This document shows, piece after piece, positions 29,944 to 38,656 of a DNA stretch of 64,000 nucleotides. Every line of letters starts with the position of its first letter. Position 1 is the first letter of the stretch. The stretch comes from an uncultured Pseudobdellovibrionaceae bacterium (GTDB taxonomy: Bacteria > Bdellovibrionota > Bdellovibrionia > Bdellovibrionales > UBA1609), in the NCBI GenBank assembly GCA_963803705.1, contig CAWDNU010000003.1, positions 333,485-397,484 on the forward strand, given 5' to 3'. Under the pieces are notes generated by a model that had not been told where the DNA came from, did no database searches, and saw only the letters and a list, made by a program, of their open reading frames with translations. Made by a program: the position numbers and the translations under genes.

Positions 29944-29981
29944 TTTTTAAACAGCGGATTTTTAGATAAAGAAAGGTAAGT

Positions 29982-30767
29982 ATGGGTTTTTACAGTTTAG
30001 CATTTGCAACTCTAGTGCGCAGAGAAATACATAGGTATTTAAAAGTGTTGTTTCAAACAATTTTTACTCCACTTATTAATTCGGTATTGTACCTGCTGAT
30101 TTTTGGGGTGAGCTTAGGTGAAAGCATTAAATTAAAATCTGGGATCTCTTACTTAGCTTTTATTATTCCCGGTTTAGTTATGATGTCATGTTTGAACAAT
30201 GCATTTCAAAATTCATCTAGCTCGATAATTAGCGGAAAATTTAGTGGAGACATCGAGGACTGGAGAGTGGTGCCCCTGACTAGCCATGGTATTATTGGTG
30301 CGCTTTGTGTCGGTGCTTTAACCCGGGGTCTGTTGGTGGCAAGCCTAACGCTTTTAACTGGCGAGCTCTTTTTCTACTTCACCTATGAAAAGTATTTACC
30401 AATAGCCAATCCTGCTTTATTTTTGTTGTTTTTAATTGTGGGTGGTTTAGTTTTTTCTTTGGTTGGAATTATGGTAGCTATCTGGGCAAAGACTTTCGAT
30501 GAGATGAGTGCAATTGGATCTTTAATTTTGACTCCGTTGATGTTTCTAGGAGGCGTCTTTTTTTCTTTAGAAAACTTAAGTCCTTTTTGGCAGAATCTAT
30601 CTTTGTACAATCCGCTTCTTTACTTTATAAACGGGGTCCGCTTTTCTATTTTAGGTTTATCTGACGTATCACTTAGCAAATCGCTTATTATTTCATTTAT
30701 GAGCTTACTTTTTACTTTTCTAATAGCCAATTACGCAGTAACAAAAGGAAGCTTCAAAAGGTGGTAA
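29982..30767 (+). CDS. ABC-2 transporter permease (YadH-like)
   Basis: Six TMs; YLAFIIPGL, FLGGVFF, NPLLYFINGVR. Confidence 0.88.
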   Translation: MGFYSLAFATLVRREIHRYLKVLFQTIFTPLINSVLYLLIFGVSLGESIKLKSGISYLAFIIPGLVMMSCLNNAFQNSSSSIISGKFSGDIEDWRVVPLTSHGIIGALCVGALTRGLLVASLTLLTGELFFYFTYEKYLPIANPALFLLFLIVGGLVFSLVGIMVAIWAKTFDEMSAIGSLILTPLMFLGGVFFSLENLSPFWQNLSLYNPLLYFINGVRFSILGLSDVSLSKSLIISFMSLLFTFLIANYAVTKGSFKRW

Positions 30768-30770
30768 ATT

Positions 30771-32099
30771 ATGTTTGAGCAGCTCTCTGATAAATTGATG
30801 AATTCTCTTAAGTCACTTAAGGGGCAGGCCAAGATTACTGATAGTAATATCGAGTCAGCCCTTAAGGATATTAGAATGAGCTTCTTAGAAGCTGATGTTA
30901 ATTTTAAAGTGGTAAAAACTTTTATAGATAATGTTAAAGCAAAGGCCATTGGTGAAAATGTTGTTAAAGGCATCAACCCAGATCAACAGTTTATAAAAAT
31001 TGTGAACGACGAGTTGACGGACCTATTGGGTGGAGAAGCAGTTTTTATAGATCTTAAAAAAACACCTTCATATATTATGTTAGTCGGATTGCAAGGGGTC
31101 GGCAAAACCACTTCTGCTGCTAAACTTGCACTGCACATTAAGAAGAAATTTGGAAAACGCGTTGGACTAGTGCCACTAGATGTTTATAGACCCGCTGCAA
31201 TCGAACAACTAAAAACTTTAGCCCGCCAGGTAGATGTACCATGCTTTGATTCTGAGGCTTCTTGGAAGCCCAATGAAATATTAAAGAGTGCCCAAAGCTG
31301 GCGTCTAAAAGAGCAGCTGGATGTTTTAATTTTGGACACTGCAGGTCGACTGCAAATTGATGATAACCTGATGGCAGAGTTGACTGGTTTACGAGACGAT
31401 ATTAAGCCCCAAGAGATTCTTCTGGTGGCAGACGCAATGCTTGGTCAGCAGTCAGTAGAAGTAGCTAAAGGTTTTAATGACAAACTAGGCTTAACGGGGC
31501 TTGTGCTAACAAAAGTTGATGGAGACGCCAGGGGCGGGGCAGCACTAAGTATTAGACATACAGTGGGTATACCCATCAAATTTCTGGGGGTCGGCGAAAA
31601 GGTCTCGGCTTTGGAGGTTTTTCATCCCGAGCGTTTAGCATCTAGAATCCTGGATAGAGGAGACGTGGTAAGCCTAGTTGAAAGAGCCCAGGAAGTGGTT
31701 GGTGAAAAAGAAGCTAAAGCCACAGCAAGAAAGATGGCTAAAAACCAGTTCACTGTTCAAGACTTTTTAAAACAGATTCAGATGATGAAAAAAATGGGCG
31801 GAATGAGCCAAATCATGGGAATGCTTCCTGGTATGGGACAAATGAAAAAGCAAATGGAGGGCATGGCACCACCTGATAAAGAGATTAAGAAAATTGAAGC
31901 GATAATTCATTCTATGACCTTCAAAGAGCGAGACAATCATAAGATTTTGAATGGCTCTAGACGACTTAGAATAGCGAATGGTTCTGGTACACAGGTTAGT
32001 GACGTAAACAAATTTATAAAGCAATTTGAGCAGTCGCAGAAAATGATGAGCTCTATGATGAAAATGGGTTTTGGTGGCAAGGGGAAATTACCGTTTTAA
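30771..32099 (+). CDS. ffh: Signal recognition particle protein
   Basis: GLQGVGKTT, DTAGR, TKVDGDARGGAALS, Met-rich M domain. Confidence 0.98.
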   Translation: MFEQLSDKLMNSLKSLKGQAKITDSNIESALKDIRMSFLEADVNFKVVKTFIDNVKAKAIGENVVKGINPDQQFIKIVNDELTDLLGGEAVFIDLKKTPSYIMLVGLQGVGKTTSAAKLALHIKKKFGKRVGLVPLDVYRPAAIEQLKTLARQVDVPCFDSEASWKPNEILKSAQSWRLKEQLDVLILDTAGRLQIDDNLMAELTGLRDDIKPQEILLVADAMLGQQSVEVAKGFNDKLGLTGLVLTKVDGDARGGAALSIRHTVGIPIKFLGVGEKVSALEVFHPERLASRILDRGDVVSLVERAQEVVGEKEAKATARKMAKNQFTVQDFLKQIQMMKKMGGMSQIMGMLPGMGQMKKQMEGMAPPDKEIKKIEAIIHSMTFKERDNHKILNGSRRLRIANGSGTQVSDVNKFIKQFEQSQKMMSSMMKMGFGGKGKLPF

Positions 32100-32193
32100 T
32101 GTCAATCAAACAATAATAATAGTCTTTTAAGTTGAATTTGGCAAATTTAAGAGTTAGATATCTTAGTTAATTACTTTTTAGGAGTCATTTTTT

Positions 32194-32445
32194 ATGGTCG
32201 TCATACGTTTAGCAAGAGTAGGTTCAAAACATAACCCTTTATATAGAGTCACAGTTGCTGACTCTAGATCCTCGTTGGGTGGAAAATTTATTGAAATAGT
32301 TGGTAATTACAATCCCTCTCCGTCTGGACAAGCAAAAGAGATAGTGTTGGATATGGAAAAAGTAAATTCCTGGATAGCGAAAGGTGCTCAGCCAACTTCT
32401 AGAGTAAAGTCGCTGATGAAAAAAGCGCAAAGCCAAACTGCTTAG
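32194..32445 (+). CDS. rpsP: 30S ribosomal protein S16
   Basis: MVVIRLARVGSKHNPLYRVTVADSR...GAQPT. Confidence 0.97.
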   Translation: MVVIRLARVGSKHNPLYRVTVADSRSSLGGKFIEIVGNYNPSPSGQAKEIVLDMEKVNSWIAKGAQPTSRVKSLMKKAQSQTA

Positions 32446-32485
32446 TGCAAGTTTTTTAAAACAAAAGATATTTACTTTGAGTGCC

Positions 32486-32513
32486 TTGACTTAGTTGGTA
32501 TGACCCATAGAAT
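32486..32513 (+). promoter_or_regulatory. sigma70 promoter upstream of KH-domain gene
   Basis: TTGACT-N16-TAGAAT. Confidence 0.55.
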
Positions 32514-32558
32514 CTCTGTTGAGTTATACAAAATTTATTCATATTGTAAGGGGATGTT

Positions 32559-32801
32559 ATGGATTTGAATTTGAAAGATCTAGTAGAGTATATGGCAAAA
32601 TCGTTGGTTGATTATCCGGAACAGGTTGTTGTCAAAGAAACAGTCGGTGAACAGACTACGGTGGTAGAGCTGAATGTAGCTAAAGAAGATTTAGGTAAAG
32701 TTATTGGCAAGCAGGGGCGCACAGCAAGATCCATGAGGACTATTTTAACAGCAGCCAGTACTAAACTACAAAAAAGAAGTGTATTAGAAATTGTTGAGTA
32801 A
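32559..32801 (+). CDS. khpA: KH-domain RNA-binding protein KhpA (YlqC)
   Basis: [17 protein letters not shown]; between rpsP and rimM. Confidence 0.93.
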   Translation: MDLNLKDLVEYMAKSLVDYPEQVVVKETVGEQTTVVELNVAKEDLGKVIGKQGRTARSMRTILTAASTKLQKRSVLEIVE

Positions 32802-32812
32802 AGAAAATACCG

Positions 32813-32883
32813 GAAAAGCTCCAGCGAAGCGAGCTAGACAAGCTTGTAAAGGCCAGAAAAGCTCCAGCGAAGCGAGCTAGACA
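32813..32883. repeat. 28-bp direct repeat x2 (period 43), hairpin-forming
   Basis: gaaaagctccagcgaagcgagctagaca at 32813-32840 and 32856-32883. Confidence 0.9.
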
Positions 32884-32913
32884 GCGGACCTCGCCCCATA
32901 TATAAAAATCGGT

Positions 32914-33429
32914 ATGAAATTAAAATCTATTGGCAAAGTTTTAGATGCTCATGGGATCAAAGGCGAGCTAAAGGTTAAGCTGTTTAGTCACGAAACCGAG
33001 TGGCATTCGTCTTTTTTGGAAGCACATATCGATACTTTCCAATATCAAGTGTTAGCCTTAAGAGCCAATAAAAGCGTTTGGATTCTTAAATTAAAAGGCT
33101 TAGCTGATAGAAGCTCGGCGGAGCTGCTAAAAGGTAAAGAGCTTATGGCTTGCCAAACCCTTTTTCAGACTTCGGACAGCGAAGAGCCTTTCATGTCCGA
33201 GTTATTAGGCTTTAAGATTGATTTAAATGGAGAAAAAGTGGGCGTAGTTTTTTCTTTTAAAGAAACTTTGGCTCACTTTTCATTGGTGATAAAAAATGAG
33301 TCAGGTTTTTTTGAAGTGCCTTATGTAGACGAATTTTTGAAAAGTACAGACAGAAAAGCTAAAGTCCTATTTATGTCTTTTCCTACTGATTTGCTTTCAG
33401 ATGACTTTAAGCTTAAAGATTCTAAGTGA
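32914..33429 (+). CDS. rimM: Ribosome maturation factor RimM
   Basis: IGKVLDAHGIKGELKV, DRSSAELLKG, PRC-barrel VPYV; context. Confidence 0.9.
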   Translation: MKLKSIGKVLDAHGIKGELKVKLFSHETEWHSSFLEAHIDTFQYQVLALRANKSVWILKLKGLADRSSAELLKGKELMACQTLFQTSDSEEPFMSELLGFKIDLNGEKVGVVFSFKETLAHFSLVIKNESGFFEVPYVDEFLKSTDRKAKVLFMSFPTDLLSDDFKLKDSK

Positions 33430-34223
33430 AGATATCGATTTTAAGTCTATTCCCGCAGTTTTTTGAAAACCTTGTAGGGCTTACTGGAACTGCCCGCGAA
33501 TCAGGGATTTTTAACCTTGATCTTATCAATATCAGGGACTTCGGGCATGGTAATCATCACAAAGTGGATGATCAAATCTTTGGAGGTGGCGACGGAATGT
33601 TGTTGGCCCCAGAGGTGATTAAAAACGCGGTTGATTTTGCAAAAGATCAAGACGGTTATAGCAGTTCAAAGGTAGTCGCCTTGACTCCAAAAGGAAAAGT
33701 GTGGACTCAAAAACAAGCCTTAGCTTGGAGTAAGGATTCCACTCCAAAAATTTTGGTCTGTGGACGATATGCTGGTTTTGATCAACGATTTCTTGAAAGC
33801 TGCTGTGACGAAGAGATTTCGGTCGGTGACTTTATTCTTAACGGTGGTGAAGTTGCTGCATTAACTATTTTAGAAAGCGTTGTCAGGCTTCTGCCAAATG
33901 CATTGGGTAACGAATTGAGTCCTATAAAAGATTCGTTTAGTCAAAAAGATCAGATCCTGGAGTGTCCACAGTACACTCGCCCCAGAGAATGGATGGGCTT
34001 AAAGAGCCCTGAAATTTTATTTTCAGGGCATCATAAAAATATCGAGATGTGGACTAAAGCTTCGGCGGTTATAGAAACCTTGTTAAAGAGACCAGAACTT
34101 TTAATAGATGATTTAAAGGGTGAACTGAGCTTTTTTTTAAGCAACACGGAAGTAGAGCAAGGACTAAAGCAAGTATATTCTGAACAGCAGCTTGATTTGG
34201 TTTCAGAGTGGATAAATTCTTAA
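33426..34223 (+). CDS. trmD: tRNA (guanine37-N1)-methyltransferase
   Basis: VDD..FGGGDGM, CGRYAGFDQR, SVGDFILNGGE, PQYTRP, SGHH. Confidence 0.95.
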   Translation: MKISILSLFPQFFENLVGLTGTARESGIFNLDLINIRDFGHGNHHKVDDQIFGGGDGMLLAPEVIKNAVDFAKDQDGYSSSKVVALTPKGKVWTQKQALAWSKDSTPKILVCGRYAGFDQRFLESCCDEEISVGDFILNGGEVAALTILESVVRLLPNALGNELSPIKDSFSQKDQILECPQYTRPREWMGLKSPEILFSGHHKNIEMWTKASAVIETLLKRPELLIDDLKGELSFFLSNTEVEQGLKQVYSEQQLDLVSEWINS

Positions 34224-34774
34224 TGTCAGAATTACATATCGGGCTAGTTCACTACCCAATTTTTAACAAAAATAAAAGCATTGTAGCAACGACAATAACT
34301 CACTTTGATGTTCACGATATTGCAAGGACGTGTAGAAGCTATGGTGTTACGAAATTTCATTTAATTCATCCCTCGATCGAACAACTTATGTTTGTTGCTA
34401 GACTAAAAGAGCATTGGGCTGTAGGTGCTGGTGGAAAAAAAAACCCATTACGAGCAGAGGCCATGAAAATTGTGGCTACTGCTTGCAGCATCGAAGAGAT
34501 CAAGCAACAAGAACGAATCGATGTCACATACGCCACCAGCGCTAAAGTTCACCCTAGCTTTAAAACTGAGCCTTTTGAGGTGGTCAGGAAAACGGTCAAA
34601 TCCTCTAAGAAAACTCTTATCCTGTTTGGAACGGGATCAGGTTTGGTCGATGATGTATTTAAGCAATGTCAGGCTATCGTTGAACCCATTGTAGGCTTTG
34701 AGAGCTCAGACTTTAGACATCTTTCTGTAAGAACGGCGGTCGCAATAGTCCTTGACCGAGTACACCGCTCATAA
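34223..34774 (+). CDS. SPOUT-class RNA methyltransferase (TrmD-associated family)
   Basis: GLVHYP, DVHDIARTCRSYG, LFGTGSGL, HLSVRTAVAIVLDR; TAATG coupling to trmD. Confidence 0.85.
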   Translation: MSELHIGLVHYPIFNKNKSIVATTITHFDVHDIARTCRSYGVTKFHLIHPSIEQLMFVARLKEHWAVGAGGKKNPLRAEAMKIVATACSIEEIKQQERIDVTYATSAKVHPSFKTEPFEVVRKTVKSSKKTLILFGTGSGLVDDVFKQCQAIVEPIVGFESSDFRHLSVRTAVAIVLDRVHRS

Positions 34775-34807
34775 TATAAAAATCACTTTGAATTTGAGGA
34801 AAAATCT

Positions 34808-35254
34808 ATGAACCTGATTGATAAAGTAATATCAAAATTGAGCCCAAAACGAAACCACCCCGAATTTTCAACAGGAGACACAATTACCGTTTCTGTAAAA
34901 GTTAAAGAGGGCGAAAAAGAAAGAATTCAGCTTTTCAAGGGCACTGTGATTAAAATCCAGGGGTCAGGCGTAGGTCGTGCTTTTACAGTTCGTAAAGTTT
35001 CTGATGGTGTTGGTGTTGAAAGGACTTGGCCATTTGCAAGTCCAGCAGTCGATGGTATTCAGGTAAACCTTCGTGGTAAAGTTCGTCGCTCGCGAATTTA
35101 CTATTTGCGAGGTCTAAAAGGACGTGCTGCGCGTTTGACAACAGAAATTGTTCAGCAAGAAAAATCAACTAAAGTGTCTGCTAAAAAATTGAAAAGACAG
35201 GCGAAAAAAGCTGAAGCTGTAGCTGCCGCCAAGTCGGGTAGCACTTCTAATTAA
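34808..35254 (+). CDS. rplS: 50S ribosomal protein L19
   Basis: GDT..V..KVKEGEKERIQ.F.G, GVERTW, GKVRRSRIYYLR; extended basic C-tail. Confidence 0.97.
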   Translation: MNLIDKVISKLSPKRNHPEFSTGDTITVSVKVKEGEKERIQLFKGTVIKIQGSGVGRAFTVRKVSDGVGVERTWPFASPAVDGIQVNLRGKVRRSRIYYLRGLKGRAARLTTEIVQQEKSTKVSAKKLKRQAKKAEAVAAAKSGSTSN

Positions 35255-35951
35255 AAGTATTCCAAACTTAAACCTACTTCAGTGGTCATCGGTAAACAAA
35301 GATGGTCATATAATTGGAGTAGATGAAGCTGGGCGTGGATGTCTGTGTGGACCAGTTTTTGCGGCAGCAGTGTCGTTTAATACCGAAAATTTTAATTCTA
35401 ATCAGCTTTACCGTGATTCAAAATTATTAAATGAGGCTAAAAGGGAAAATTTTTTCCAAGATATTTTAAATAAACACTGGGTTGGTATTGGATCGGCAAC
35501 CTCCAAAGAGGTCGATCGGGTTAACATTTTACAAGCTACATTTTTGGCTATGAGCAGAGCTGTAGAAGACCTGGTGAAGAACTTTGCTGAAGCTCAACCG
35601 TGCGAACACCCAAAAATAGCCCCACAGGGACATATAATTGTGGACGGTATATACAAGATACCTCAAGTTTTAGATTTTACTCAGTCTACGATGATTAAAG
35701 GAGACCAATTGGTGTCCGAAATATCAGCCGCTAGCATAGTAGCTAAAGTCAGCCGGGACCGCTTCGTAAACCAACTTGATGTGAAATATCACGAGTATGG
35801 ATTTCGCAAGCACAAAGGTTATGGCACACTCTTACACAGAAAAAAAATTGCGGAGCTTGGACCTTGTCCAGAGCATAGAATTACCTTTAAGGGAGTTCGA
35901 GAGTTTCTTCACCTTAAGCAAAAATACCCATATCAAAGGTCTTTGGTGTGA
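35250..35951 (+). CDS. rnhB: Ribonuclease HII; start uncertain (no canonical start upstream of the catalytic motif)
   Basis: In-frame IIGVDEAGRGCLCGPV upstream of the called GTG 35370; DSK, VDG, KGD....ISAASIVAKV.RD, HKGYGT. Confidence 0.9.
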   Translation: MKSIPNLNLLQWSSVNKDGHIIGVDEAGRGCLCGPVFAAAVSFNTENFNSNQLYRDSKLLNEAKRENFFQDILNKHWVGIGSATSKEVDRVNILQATFLAMSRAVEDLVKNFAEAQPCEHPKIAPQGHIIVDGIYKIPQVLDFTQSTMIKGDQLVSEISAASIVAKVSRDRFVNQLDVKYHEYGFRKHKGYGTLLHRKKIAELGPCPEHRITFKGVREFLHLKQKYPYQRSLV

Positions 35952-36252
35952 GATAATAGTTAGCTTATATTTGAGCTCTAAAAAGTGGGTTCTTGTCGGA
36001 CATAGAAAAAAAATAGACTTTGTGGAAATTGACCTTGTTTTTAAGACTCCAAAAAACCAAACAGTATTAATTGAAGTGAAATCAATCACATCAACCTACA
36101 GGTCTAATTTTAGATGGTCATATTTCCAAAAATCAAAGTTCAGTAGACTGGTTGAAAGTCTTTGCGCGAAATACCCAGGTACTGAAATATATGGCATTTT
36201 TGCGTTGGTGGCTTACAATAAAATTAACTTTTACTATTTGGATGAAGTTTAA
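35797..36252 (+). CDS. yraN: YraN-family endonuclease-like protein; true start probably later
   Basis: G..CE.....YL, EIDLV, LIEVKS; follows rnhB. Confidence 0.7.
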   Translation: MDFASTKVMAHSYTEKKLRSLDLVQSIELPLREFESFFTLSKNTHIKGLWCEIIVSLYLSSKKWVLVGHRKKIDFVEIDLVFKTPKNQTVLIEVKSITSTYRSNFRWSYFQKSKFSRLVESLCAKYPGTEIYGIFALVAYNKINFYYLDEV

Positions 36253-37016
36253 TGAAACATAATATTTCATTCTTATTTTTAAGAGGTTTGGGTCGTAACC
36301 AATATCATTGGAACAACCGCGAACTTTATGAAGAAATACTATCAAATAAGGTTTTTTTTCTGGATCTACCTGGTTTTGGATTAAGTCCGAATAGCAGATC
36401 TCCCAGGCAAGTGCGAAACATAACTGGAATTTTAAGACACCAAAGAGACATCTTAGATAACTTCAATTCCAGTTCAAAAAAAATTATTGTAGGTCTATCA
36501 CTTGGTGGAATTGTCAGTTTGGATTGGGCCGCTAGGTACCCTAAAGATTGGGATGGTCTTGTAGTTATCAATTCGAGCTTGTCAAACTTATCGAAGCCTT
36601 GGGAAAGATTAAAACCAAAAAATTACAAGTCACTTTTAAAGTACTTACGTTTGAAAAAAGCAAAAGATATTGAGAACCTGATTTACGAGATGACATGTAA
36701 TACTGATGACCATAAAGATGAACTTGTAAACTATTGGGCTAAACTAAGAAATAACTATCCAGTTCGGCAATCAAATGTAGTCAATCAGCTTATCGCTGCG
36801 ATGACCTTTAATTCTCCCAGCAAAAATAAATTTAGGATGCCGGGCTTAGTTTTAGCAAGTCCTAAGGATAAGTTCGTATCTTACAAATGCTCTGAAAAGA
36901 TTGCGAAAAAATATAATTTTGAAATAAAATACTCTGACAAATCCGGACACGACATGAGTGTAGATGACGGGGATTGGATGTTGCAGCAAATCAAATGTTT
37001 CTCTGATAAAATTTAG
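36252..37016 (+). CDS. Alpha/beta hydrolase
   Basis: LRGLGR, DLPGFG, GLSLGG nucleophile elbow, D and GHD. Confidence 0.88.
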   Translation: MKHNISFLFLRGLGRNQYHWNNRELYEEILSNKVFFLDLPGFGLSPNSRSPRQVRNITGILRHQRDILDNFNSSSKKIIVGLSLGGIVSLDWAARYPKDWDGLVVINSSLSNLSKPWERLKPKNYKSLLKYLRLKKAKDIENLIYEMTCNTDDHKDELVNYWAKLRNNYPVRQSNVVNQLIAAMTFNSPSKNKFRMPGLVLASPKDKFVSYKCSEKIAKKYNFEIKYSDKSGHDMSVDDGDWMLQQIKCFSDKI

Positions 37017-37205
37017 AACCGCCAAATAAATAATGATTTAGATTTAATTTTTAATTACTTTAGATATTGATCTAGAAATTTTCAAGCATACGTTTGATTT
37101 GTTTTTGCTCTCGCAAAACATCTCAATCCGACCTCAATTTCTAGATCAATATCTAAAGTAATTAAAAATTAAATCTAAATCATTATTTATTTGGCGGTTC
37201 TAAAT
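37011..37205. repeat. Perfect 70-bp inverted repeat with 55-bp spacer
   Basis: 37011-37080 is the exact reverse complement of 37136-37205. Confidence 0.95.
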
Positions 37206-37914
37206 CGCTTAGAAAAAGCCACTTACCTTCATGTAGATCTTTCGGTAAATGGATCGAGCCAATTCGAACCCGGTGTAGATCTGTGACCTGTAAGTTAACG
37301 GCACCACACATTCGACGGATCTGTCTGTTTTTACCTTCAACTAAGATAAATTTAAGTTTGTTCGGACCAAGTTGTTTGATAGTTGCCCTTTTTAAAGCTT
37401 TGCCATCTAAAGACAACCCAAATTCAAGTTTTTTAATTTTTACAGAGTCGATTTGACCCATAATTTTGACTATATATTCTTTTTCTACGATTGCTTTTTC
37501 ACCAATAATTGATTTTGCAAATGAGCCATCTTGCGAGTAAATCAGTAACCCTCGGGAGTCAGCATCAAGACGGCCAACAACACCGTAAGATTCAGGTTCA
37601 ATAGATTCAAATTTAAAACCGGTATAATTATTTTCAGTTGCTAAATTTAAAGCAAGTTCATACTTAGGATCATCAAAGCTGCTTACAAACCCAGGGGGCT
37701 TATTTAAAATGATTGTCCTTTGATTTTGAAGTTCTAAAACAGCTTTTTTATGTAAAAGAATAAAGTCAGTCGGACTCACTTTGTGCTCGGGTTTTTCAAC
37801 AAGTTTACCATTAGCTTTTATAAACAGTGAAAATACAAATTCTTCAGCTTTTTTTCTAGAACAGATATTTTGATCTGTTAGCAATTTTGAAATACGAATT
37901 TTATTGTCAGCCAA
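37183..37914 (-). CDS. RsuA/RluB/RluF-family pseudouridine synthase; start probably TTG 37914 or ATG 37929
   Basis: S4 domain, LNKPPG, VGRLDADSRGLL, EKEY, EGKNRQIRRM. Confidence 0.9.
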   Translation of the reverse strand: MADNKIRISKLLTDQNICSRKKAEEFVFSLFIKANGKLVEKPEHKVSPTDFILLHKKAVLELQNQRTIILNKPPGFVSSFDDPKYELALNLATENNYTGFKFESIEPESYGVVGRLDADSRGLLIYSQDGSFAKSIIGEKAIVEKEYIVKIMGQIDSVKIKKLEFGLSLDGKALKRATIKQLGPNKLKFILVEGKNRQIRRMCGAVNLQVTDLHRVRIGSIHLPKDLHEGKWLFLSDLEPPNK

Positions 37915-38656
37915 GTAATATACCCCCATCAACCGGATATAAAGAACCGGTGATCCAGTTGTTCGACGGCTCACTTAAAAATAATGCTAACCTTGCGACA
38001 TCATCAGGATTACCTACACGTCCTAATGGTTGCAAACGATCCAAATCTGCTCTTAGTTTAGAATCTTTAGTATTAAAAAATGATTGGAGTGGTGTTTCTA
38101 TAATACCCGGACAAATTGCATTAACTTGTATATGACTAACTGCAAGCTCCAGAGCTAAGCACTGAGTCCAACTGTTTAAGGCAGCTTTAGTCGCTGAATA
38201 GGCAGAGGTTTCTGGTATTGGTTTTATTCCTAATGTTGAAGAGATATTTAAAATTCTAGCAGATTTTTGCTCTTTTAGAATCGGCAGTAACAGCTGGGTG
38301 AATAATACCGGACCAAATAAATTTGTTTGAAATTGTTCGTGCCAGGATCTCATCGAACTGTTTTCAAACTTACTTCTTTCAACAATACCAGCGTTATTTA
38401 TTAATACTACGTGCTTATCGTCTTTTTCCTTTTGGTTGAAACAAGATTTAATTGTTCTCACTGCCGTTTGAATCTTGTCTTTATCTTGTAAGTCTAAAGT
38501 CAGCACTCTTGAGCCTTCACATTCATTTTGAACAGTTTTAAGTTTCTCTAGATCTCTTGCAGCAAGTAGGCACTCAAATTTATTACTGGATAATTCAATG
38601 GCGATTTGACGACCAATCCCTGAACTTGCACCAGTAATAATTGCTATTTTTTTCAT
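37907..38656 (-). CDS. SDR-family oxidoreductase
   Basis: TGASSGIG, NNAG, YSATK, PG, ITG....VDGG. Confidence 0.92.
   Translation of the reverse strand: MKKIAIITGASSGIGRQIAIELSSNKFECLLAARDLEKLKTVQNECEGSRVLTLDLQDKDKIQTAVRTIKSCFNQKEKDDKHVVLINNAGIVERSKFENSSMRSWHEQFQTNLFGPVLFTQLLLPILKEQKSARILNISSTLGIKPIPETSAYSATKAALNSWTQCLALELAVSHIQVNAICPGIIETPLQSFFNTKDSKLRADLDRLQPLGRVGNPDDVARLALFLSEPSNNWITGSLYPVDGGILLG

Noticed and set aside
32813..32883. Mini CRISPR array
   Set aside because: Only two 28-bp units, 15-nt spacer, no cas genes in the window
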